Assembly: GCA_050261115.1 (NCBI GenBank)
Contig: JBLNCY010000027.1
Location: forward strand, 1-22,391
From: Methanocella sp.
GTDB lineage: Archaea; Thermoproteota; Bathyarchaeia; Bathyarchaeales; Bathycorpusculaceae
Length of the DNA stretch: 22,391 bases
Reading direction: 5' to 3'
In this document: positions 16,172 to 22,391 of the stretch, in pieces
Numbering within the stretch: position 1 is the first letter of the stretch
Layout of the letters: each line of letters starts with the position of its first letter
The notes under the pieces: model-generated
What the model saw: only the letters and a program-made list of their open reading frames with translations
What the model was told of the DNA's origin: nothing
Database searches by the model: none
Made by a program: the position numbers and the translations under genes

Positions 16172-17125
16172 GTGAAACCAAGACTTTTCGAAGCATTGAT
16201 GGCAAAGCCAAACGAGCAACATGAACTCTATGAAAAGCTTAAGCAGAAAACCGAACATCCGTTTGTAAAGCGCTATGTGCAGACAGGTGTTAAAGAGAGC
16301 TTTTTCAGTGACCTGGCAGGCGCATTGGGCAGAATGCACGACACAATGGTTGATGCTGCATGGCCAGAACTGATCGGTAGAAACATCATCACCGTCATGC
16401 CAACAAATGAAGCGATGGAACGTTTCCCAATTGACGAAGGAGCGGTCGGTTACCGCTATGCAGAAGGCGCCATAGCAAGAATCAGCGCCAAAAAACCCAC
16501 AACAGTTGACATCTACACTAACCAATTAGCACAAGCATCCGATCAATGGACCAGAGAGTATCTAGAAGACGCCACTTGGAACGTGATGAGCAAAGCTGTT
16601 GATAACGTCGGTATGGCGCTTGGACAACATGAGACGGAGACTATTCTTGGATTATACGCTGCGGTTCAAGCAGGCGATTTGGCTACAGGTGCCGAGTTAG
16701 CAGGTGGCGGCGCTGTTGCAAGCTGGGCTTCGCTTCTAAGTTTGCATGAGGCTGTCCGAAGAGAGAAATGGCGTCCTACGGTGTTGGCTGTTAACGAGAT
16801 GCAATTGCATCAGCTGCTAAACGATGACAAGTTTGTGAAAGCTGTCTATCTGCCGAGTAGTGAAACTGACATTGTACAGGGCACTATCGGTAGCGTATTG
16901 GGCATGAAGGTACAGTCTAGCACTCTTGTACCCAATGGAACGATGTATGCGATTGACACTCGTGTCGCCTCAGTTATGCTTCTGCGTCGAGACGTAACTG
17001 TGGAAGACTGGGAAGACGTCAAAACTGGAACCTACGGTGTACGTGGTACCACACGGTTTGGCGCTGGCATTCTCCGATCGAAAGCTATTGCCCGAATGAC
17101 TAACGTAAAGCAGACCATGACATAG
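16172..17125 (+). CDS. Major capsid protein, HK97 fold (~317 aa)
   Basis: IGRNIITVMP...RYAEGA...WTREYLEDATWNVMSKAVDNVGMALGQHETETIL...GTIGSVLGMKVQSSTLVPNGT...TTRFGAGILRSKAIARM. The start is GTG 16172 (or 16163); the track's 15938 start overlaps the decoration gene. Confidence 0.9.
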   Translation: MKPRLFEALMAKPNEQHELYEKLKQKTEHPFVKRYVQTGVKESFFSDLAGALGRMHDTMVDAAWPELIGRNIITVMPTNEAMERFPIDEGAVGYRYAEGAIARISAKKPTTVDIYTNQLAQASDQWTREYLEDATWNVMSKAVDNVGMALGQHETETILGLYAAVQAGDLATGAELAGGGAVASWASLLSLHEAVRREKWRPTVLAVNEMQLHQLLNDDKFVKAVYLPSSETDIVQGTIGSVLGMKVQSSTLVPNGTMYAIDTRVASVMLLRRDVTVEDWEDVKTGTYGVRGTTRFGAGILRSKAIARMTNVKQTMT

Positions 17126-17191
17126 ACTGCTCTAAACCAACAATTTCTTTCCCCATTTTTTGGGAACCAAAAAACCGTTTGAGGTAACGCA

Positions 17192-18421
17192 ATGAGTTCC
17201 GTCTTAAGAAAAATCCGTGAAGTGCTCTCCTATGCCCCTGCTTCGGGCGTGGCATCGCCAAAGGATAGAGTATTCTTTGACACCACATGCATCCCATTAG
17301 CAGACGTCATGAAGCTCTATGAGCGTGACCCAACCTGCAAAAGTAGCGTTGACCTCTTGGCAGCTTCAACGGTTGGCATGGGCTTCTATACCACAGTTGA
17401 CGAGAAATACGACAAAGCCGCAGAGGCTAAAGCGGCGGTGGATAGGTTCTGTGAAGACATCAACCTTGACGGCCTACTAAACGATATGGCTAAGCCCCTG
17501 ATTGCTTGTGGTAATGATTTCTGGCTAAAACTCGCACCTGACCGGCTAGCCGATGTGTTGCGTATGCCGATTGATGCAGTCCAACGCATAGGGCTAAGCT
17601 CTGTTCCTACCCTAAAAATTCCCTATAAAGTCACAGGGTACCAGCTCCAAGCCACCTACAGCGGAAACGCTGGAAACGAGCTAAAGCCCGAAGCTGTCAT
17701 TCACTGGCGCTTAAACGGTGATGTTCCGTCTGGGTTCGGCGTTGGCTTGCTGCAGGTTCTACTGCATACTTTGACTGTTGACACGGATAAGCGCCCCTCC
17801 TATGCTTGGATGAAAGCCAAAATAGAGAAAATTCTGCCAAACATTTTCGTTAAATATGCTGGGCCTGACGTCGTTGTCCAACTTGAAGGCCAGAAAGAGG
17901 ACACCATCAAAAAGTATGAGTCTGCGATTAAAAACCGACCTGAAGAGGGGCAGTGGCTTTTCAGCGGCGCTAAATCCGTCGGCGTCTATCCAGTGTCTAT
18001 TGACCCGAGGGCACGTTTTGAGTATTACATCGACCACATGGTAAACCAGTTCTACCTCGGATGTGAAACACCGCTCCCACGGCTTTTTAGTACTCCAGGT
18101 TTCACTGAAGCATCGGCGAGGGCAGCCTTAGACCTTCAGGACATGCTCATAAAACCAGTCCAGCGGTACATCAAACGGCAAGTTGAGAAAGAAATCTTCG
18201 CTGTCACAGTATCGCAAGCTGGTTTAGATGCTGCTAAGGCTAAGGTTAGATTGAATTTTGGAAGTCCCGAAACGCCTGAACTGGTGCCCTCCGACCTGAT
18301 TAAAGCCGCTGAGCTTGGGCTGGTAAGAGCGGAAGAATTCCGCAAGAATGCTGTCAAGTTCGGCTGGGAACTCTGGGAAGAGAACCCAACCACATCAACA
18401 GGGAAAAGCCAGACGTCATAG
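17192..18421 (+). CDS. Phage portal protein (409 aa)
   Basis: YERDPTCKSSVDLLAASTVGMGF, LIACGNDFW, EAVIHWRLN...GFGVGLL, PRLFSTPGFTEASA, IKPVQRYIKRQVEKEIF; GAGGT RBS. Confidence 0.85.
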   Translation: MSSVLRKIREVLSYAPASGVASPKDRVFFDTTCIPLADVMKLYERDPTCKSSVDLLAASTVGMGFYTTVDEKYDKAAEAKAAVDRFCEDINLDGLLNDMAKPLIACGNDFWLKLAPDRLADVLRMPIDAVQRIGLSSVPTLKIPYKVTGYQLQATYSGNAGNELKPEAVIHWRLNGDVPSGFGVGLLQVLLHTLTVDTDKRPSYAWMKAKIEKILPNIFVKYAGPDVVVQLEGQKEDTIKKYESAIKNRPEEGQWLFSGAKSVGVYPVSIDPRARFEYYIDHMVNQFYLGCETPLPRLFSTPGFTEASARAALDLQDMLIKPVQRYIKRQVEKEIFAVTVSQAGLDAAKAKVRLNFGSPETPELVPSDLIKAAELGLVRAEEFRKNAVKFGWELWEENPTTSTGKSQTS

Positions 18422-18525
18422 TTATTCTTGGGCATCGAAAAACCAGTAGGTCAAGAAACGCTGACTTGCTTAGTCAAGAACTCTGGACAAGAATGCTTTT
18501 AACTTAATTTATCCAAGAATGGATT

Positions 18526-19536
18526 ATGCGAAAAACAGGTAAAGCCTTTGCTATACTGATGATAATAGCATTCTTGTTATCAATACTAACCCTTCAACCG
18601 TTACCGACTAAAGCTCAAGACATCAGCAGTATAACCATCGAAGCGGACGGAAGCATTAAACCTTCAGCAGCACCAATCCGACAAGAAGGAGATACCTACA
18701 CTCTAATGGGTGATTTTGAAGGAAGTATCAATATACAGAAAAGCAACATTATTTTCAATGGAAATAACAACACTCTTTTTGGCGGTATTATCGTATTAAG
18801 CGACTACACCACCATCGCAAACACCACAATTATGTATGCAAATTCCCCCATCGAAGCATTCGGGCAAACAACTGCAATTATGTTGTTTAGTTCTCATAAT
18901 AACATAACTGGCAACTATCTTAGTAACAACACTATCGGAATAAACTTTGCAAGTGAAATAATATACGCCATTGAACATCCAGCAAGTGAATGCAAAAAAA
19001 ACTATGTCGTCGGAAACACCATCACGAATTGTTACACCGCTCTAAAATTTTATTCCAGCCAAGACAACCATATCTACCACAACAACTTCATCAACAACAA
19101 CTACACTGTGGGAGATTCAGGTTTCATCTACTACTATCCCAGTAAACCTTCAATTAATGTTTGGGATGACGGCTACGGCTCAGGCAATTTCTGGGATGAT
19201 TATCTCACAAGATACCCAAACGCAACCGAATCCAACACCCCAAGCGTGGGTGATACACCATACTTGATTCGACCAGCTGCCTATATTGACCCAGCTGGCC
19301 TGTCTACTCAGGAATCAAAAGAATACTGGACCAACATGAACGCTTTATATGCCCAAAACGTTGACCACTATCCTCTCATGGTACCTTTTGGTAGCGAAAA
19401 CAAGACTTCAGGGTTACCATCAGACATCGAAAGTTTTCTTTTTGCTATTATTGGGATTACAGTTGCTATTTTAGCGGTTGCGTTTACCTTATTGTTTTTT
19501 AGAAGGCACCAAACAACCGCTAAATCGAAACAATAG
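18526..19536 (+). CDS. Secreted membrane-anchored NosD/CASH-type right-handed beta-helix protein, cargo within the structural module
   Basis: Signal peptide, ITIEADGSI.P..API...GDTYTL, Asn-rich repeats (NNITGNYLSNN, YHNNFINN), WDDG..GNFWDDY, DHYPLM, C-terminal TM helix; its own TATA-like CTTTTAAC upstream. Confidence 0.85.
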   Translation: MRKTGKAFAILMIIAFLLSILTLQPLPTKAQDISSITIEADGSIKPSAAPIRQEGDTYTLMGDFEGSINIQKSNIIFNGNNNTLFGGIIVLSDYTTIANTTIMYANSPIEAFGQTTAIMLFSSHNNITGNYLSNNTIGINFASEIIYAIEHPASECKKNYVVGNTITNCYTALKFYSSQDNHIYHNNFINNNYTVGDSGFIYYYPSKPSINVWDDGYGSGNFWDDYLTRYPNATESNTPSVGDTPYLIRPAAYIDPAGLSTQESKEYWTNMNALYAQNVDHYPLMVPFGSENKTSGLPSDIESFLFAIIGITVAILAVAFTLLFFRRHQTTAKSKQ

Positions 19537-19607
19537 AGCTTTTCTAACTTTGGATACATTGAGTTGAGGTTTAGTTACTGCGGCTAGTGTGATACATTGT
19601 CACGTTT

Positions 19608-19643
19608 ACGATATTATCGTGTTTTGGCTCTCAAGCTATTTGA
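19608..19643 (+). promoter_or_regulatory. Bipartite promoter motif of the neck/tail operon, with palindrome ACGATA-T-TATCGT
   Basis: TATTATCGT-gttttg-GCT-ctc-AAGCTATTTga; the AAGCTATTT box ends 35 nt before TTG 19677. Confidence 0.65.
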
Positions 19644-19676
19644 ACTCTCAGCTGCAAGGGTTCATGGGATTGTAGC

Positions 19677-20027
19677 TTGGCCGTTACCTCTATTGAGGAC
19701 GTTAGGGATGTTCTCCATCTAAGTGATTCGGATATTTCTGATACTAAAGTTCTGAAGATGATTAAGCGTGCTGAAGTCACTTTAGAGCTTGAATTATCCA
19801 CTGATATCGACTATCAAAACTGCACTGAAGCCCAAAAAGAAGTCATCACTGTTTTGGCGGCCATTTACGCTGTTTGTTATTTGACTGGCGGCTCAGCAAT
19901 CGGCTTAAACTTTAGCCTCGGCGATTTGAACAGTTCCAACTCTTCACTGCCAAGCTTAACGGTGCTGCAATCTGAGTTTGAGCGGCTTCTTTCTGGCCTA
20001 AAAACGCCTTATGTGGGGAGCGCTTAG
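19677..20027 (+). CDS. Head-tail adaptor/connector protein (HK97 gp6/SPP1 gp15-like)
   Basis: 116 aa; TSIEDVRDVLHL...ISDTKVLKMIKRAEVTLE N-terminal pattern; position after the portal. Confidence 0.7.
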   Translation: MAVTSIEDVRDVLHLSDSDISDTKVLKMIKRAEVTLELELSTDIDYQNCTEAQKEVITVLAAIYAVCYLTGGSAIGLNFSLGDLNSSNSSLPSLTVLQSEFERLLSGLKTPYVGSA

Positions 20028-20029
20028 CT

Positions 20030-21421
20030 ATGGGAACCGTTCCTGAAGCCTATTACCAGTTCGTCATGGACTGCGCACCCAACGTTTACGTTATCCCGCC
20101 AGATACGCCCGACCCAGCTTTTGGCAAAGGCGTTTTAGCGGCTAGCTTCGCAATCGATTTTCTCTGCGACGCATACTCTGCACCACAATTTGAGAACAGA
20201 AAAGCAGAAATTTACGCCAAAATTGCGAGTTTAGCCGATTGGGTTCTAACCCAGCAGTGTCTCGACCCAGCAAGAAAGGCCTACGGGGGATTCCAAAGTA
20301 ACGAAACAAGCACCTACTATTACAGTGTCGATGCTTGCCGAGTTATTCCATCACTTCTTAGAGCCCATGAACTTACTGGCAACTCAAACTATTTGGATGC
20401 TGCTAAGTTAGCTGGCGGAACTTTTCTCAAAATCATGCAGGACCAGCAGGCCTACGGCGGCTTTGTAAGAGCGGTGACGATTGGGGATGCATGGCTTATG
20501 CAACTTGATGTGGAGTGCCTCTATGGCCTAATCGGCTTAAAGATGCTAGCCGAAACCTACGACCTCCCAAACGCTTCAGTCTACCAAAACATTATGAGCA
20601 AAGCAATAGGCTTTCTGAGAGCGGGCTTTGAAAACCTCTGGTTAGACTTTGACCCTGCAGATGGCAAATGGCACAGAGTTGGCTTAACGGAAAATGAGGT
20701 TTACGATGACCCATTCGCATATGCCCTATTAGGTTTGTATGCGGTTGAGGGTTGGAGCGTCAGCTGCCAAAAAGTCTACAATGCCCTAAACAACATTCGA
20801 GCTAGCGCCAAGTATCCAGCTTATGACCCTGCAGTCTGTTGGGCTGGCTACATAGATGTTGTCAGCCGTTTTAGCGCCTGCGATTACTACGATGCGGTCA
20901 CAAGCGGGATCCTTTGGAAAATCCGCAACAACCATGACAAACCAAGCCTGAAATTCAGCGTAGAAATCATCGGCAAGCACGTGGCGGAATTCATGTTTTG
21001 GGGCGCCAAACACACAGACTACAGCTATGTGGAAAATAAGCAGGCCATTGTTACGGTTTGCTGGCTAGCCGAGCTTTTCCTCCATTACGAAGAGCCAGTA
21101 ACCCAGTTCACAAAGATTCTGAAGACTAAGGGCGAAACAGTCACGCTCTTCCCTGTCAGAGAAGCGGCTGCCACAGTGGCTTATGGCGAATCTTTGGATT
21201 TGCTAGCCGTTGTTTCCTCACTCAAAGCCGAGCAAGTCATGTTGGAAGCGGGCTATTACCTGAACGACTACTTGGCATTCTATACTTTCCTTCCCGTCCG
21301 AGTGCACGACAAGATTAGGCGCCAGGGCGAAGACTACGAAATTCAAACAGTGACGCCCTTCACGTTTGCCAATCAGCGGTTCTACTTCAAAAGCGTCGCA
21401 AGGAGGTTAATCGCAAGTTGA
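20030..21421 (+). CDS. Fusion: N-terminal (alpha/alpha)-barrel enzyme-like domain plus C-terminal head-closure (SPP1 gp16/lambda gpFII-like) domain
   Basis: LADWVLTQQ...YGGF and SLLRAHELTGNSNYLDAAKLAGGTFL..MQ...YGGF are helical-hairpin repeats. The last ~110 aa (GETVTL...EAGYY...VRVHDKIRRQGEDYEIQTV...FYFKSVARR) fit a head-closure beta-barrel, and the gene sits between adaptor and terminator. Confidence 0.65.
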   Translation: MGTVPEAYYQFVMDCAPNVYVIPPDTPDPAFGKGVLAASFAIDFLCDAYSAPQFENRKAEIYAKIASLADWVLTQQCLDPARKAYGGFQSNETSTYYYSVDACRVIPSLLRAHELTGNSNYLDAAKLAGGTFLKIMQDQQAYGGFVRAVTIGDAWLMQLDVECLYGLIGLKMLAETYDLPNASVYQNIMSKAIGFLRAGFENLWLDFDPADGKWHRVGLTENEVYDDPFAYALLGLYAVEGWSVSCQKVYNALNNIRASAKYPAYDPAVCWAGYIDVVSRFSACDYYDAVTSGILWKIRNNHDKPSLKFSVEIIGKHVAEFMFWGAKHTDYSYVENKQAIVTVCWLAELFLHYEEPVTQFTKILKTKGETVTLFPVREAAATVAYGESLDLLAVVSSLKAEQVMLEAGYYLNDYLAFYTFLPVRVHDKIRRQGEDYEIQTVTPFTFANQRFYFKSVARRLIAS

Positions 21422-22391
21422 GCGAAGTAGAAAACCCAGTCATAACCGTTCTGCGCCTAATCGAGTCCCGAATAAGAGTTGTCAAGGATGACGGAGGCTT
21501 AGCGCGTATCCTTTGTTCTCAGGCGAATTATGATCGGGAGCTGCTCAAGGATTACGACGCCCAAATCACTGTCTCAAAGACCTCAGAGCCTTGCCAAGCG
21601 CAGAAACACACGTTGGATGGCAAGCTGAGAAGGCGCATTTACTCCCTTAGAGCAACTATAGTGACCATCGACAAGCCGTCAAGCTCAGACGCTGGCAGAG
21701 TCATGCGGGATAAAGTCCTTGAGCAGTTTCTGGTGATTGTTCCCGAAAACCGTAACCTGCCCGGCAGAACAGTCTACAACTTTTACCCAATCGACTCGAC
21801 GTCTACAACTCACAAGGCCTATGATGCGGCAGCCACAACCGAACCCGTGCCTTCTAATCCAGTCTGGGCAGAATTGACTAATCCCGAGTATGCGAACCTT
21901 TGGGCAAGCGACGACCTAAGACACTCAAAAAGTACAACTGGCAACGGTGAGTTTGCATTTATGCTTTTCCGCTTCAAAATAGGCTCTAAAACGGGAGAGA
22001 GCCGAAATGAAACCCGGAAGCAGTGCTTAAAGCGCGCGGTTTTGGCGTTTGAAGGTTTTGGGCTATCTCCAACGGGAAACGGAGTTACCATTAAAGTTTG
22101 GGATAACTTGGCGGGCGCTTGGAGCAATGCACAAACTGGCGTTTTAGGAACAGATGAAACCCTCACTATCACTTTAACGTCTAACCTGACGAACTACGTC
22201 AATGATGACGGCTTTCTATACGTGATGGCACGGACAACCAACCCATCAAACGGGGTTTCGCCAGCCACACTATACTGCGATTTTGTCCAAGCAACCATTG
22301 ACGTGCGGGGCATAACGTTCTGCGACATTCACAGTTACCGAGACGTCGATGTAACCGACGTAAAGCCGTTCCTCTACAAAGAAGAAATCGT
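21418..22391 (+). CDS. Partial ORF (>324 aa, runs off the window): tail terminator-like protein with an inserted beta-sandwich domain
   Basis: TTG start overlapping the previous stop, AGGAGG RBS at 21401; open to the window end: MSEVENPVITVLRLIESRIRVVKDDG...RIYSLRATIVTID...RVMRDKVLEQFLVIV[insert]GITFCDIHSYRDVDVTDVKPFLYKEEI. Not in the ORF track. Confidence 0.6.
   Translation, partial: MSEVENPVITVLRLIESRIRVVKDDGGLARILCSQANYDRELLKDYDAQITVSKTSEPCQAQKHTLDGKLRRRIYSLRATIVTIDKPSSSDAGRVMRDKVLEQFLVIVPENRNLPGRTVYNFYPIDSTSTTHKAYDAAATTEPVPSNPVWAELTNPEYANLWASDDLRHSKSTTGNGEFAFMLFRFKIGSKTGESRNETRKQCLKRAVLAFEGFGLSPTGNGVTIKVWDNLAGAWSNAQTGVLGTDETLTITLTSNLTNYVNDDGFLYVMARTTNPSNGVSPATLYCDFVQATIDVRGITFCDIHSYRDVDVTDVKPFLYKEEI

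Larger units (their letters stand above)
5349..22391. mobile_element. Integrated head-tail (Caudoviricetes-like) provirus or provirus-derived element, partly decayed, continuing past the right edge
   Basis: att-like tRNA fragments, integrase-like remnant, small-gene operon, HK97-type protease/MCP/portal/neck genes, tail-fibre and holin-like genes. The left boundary could be 5349 or 7630. Confidence 0.75.

Noticed and set aside
16172-17125. Encapsulin nanocompartment
   Set aside because: The adjacent protease, portal, adaptor and closure genes indicate a virion-type head, not an encapsulin operon.
5437-18495. Identical 11-mer GGACAAGAATG at 5437-5447 and 18485-18495
   Set aside because: Many 11-mer matches are expected by chance in 22 kb.
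42-22172. Short ORFs antisense to or nested in larger genes (e.g. 42-278, 3336-3629, 8308-8556, 11218-11571, 16088-16525, 18136-18435, 21819-22172)
   Set aside because: Shadow frames of well-supported genes, with no motifs or RBS.

Overview
Probably archaeal DNA. GGAGG/GGTGA ribosome-binding sites and the PQQ-propeller, NosD-type and 'IPKPSVPEF' surface-protein families suggest Bathyarchaeia; this is inference and no search was run. Bases 1-5.2 kb look like host chromosome: a 901-aa secreted beta-propeller, an alpha/beta hydrolase and a membrane-anchored protein, with a shared palindromic operator upstream of the first two. From two tRNA-3'-end (att-like) direct repeats at 5349-5374 and 7630-7647 to the right edge, the window looks like an integrated head-tail (HK97-fold) virus-like element with a non-canonical layout. 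It has (i) a decayed cargo patch with a probable integrase remnant; (ii) a plus-strand operon of small genes plus a wHTH protein whose likely CTG start the ORF track missed; (iii) a minus-strand tail-fibre/coiled-coil/holin-like operon with a nonsense and a frameshift lesion; (iv) a 22-bp tandem repeat and a degenerate IS630-like relic; (v) two small HTH regulators; and (vi) an intact protease-decoration-major capsid-portal-[NosD cargo]-adaptor-head closure-tail terminator module. No terminase is visible and the portal follows the capsid gene. The head-closure protein appears fused to an (alpha/alpha)-barrel enzyme-like domain, and the tail terminator carries a ~180-aa beta-sandwich insertion. 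Both structural operons share a gap-free bipartite promoter motif, TATTATCGT-N6-GCT-N3-AAGCTATTT. All protein calls come from motif recognition by eye.
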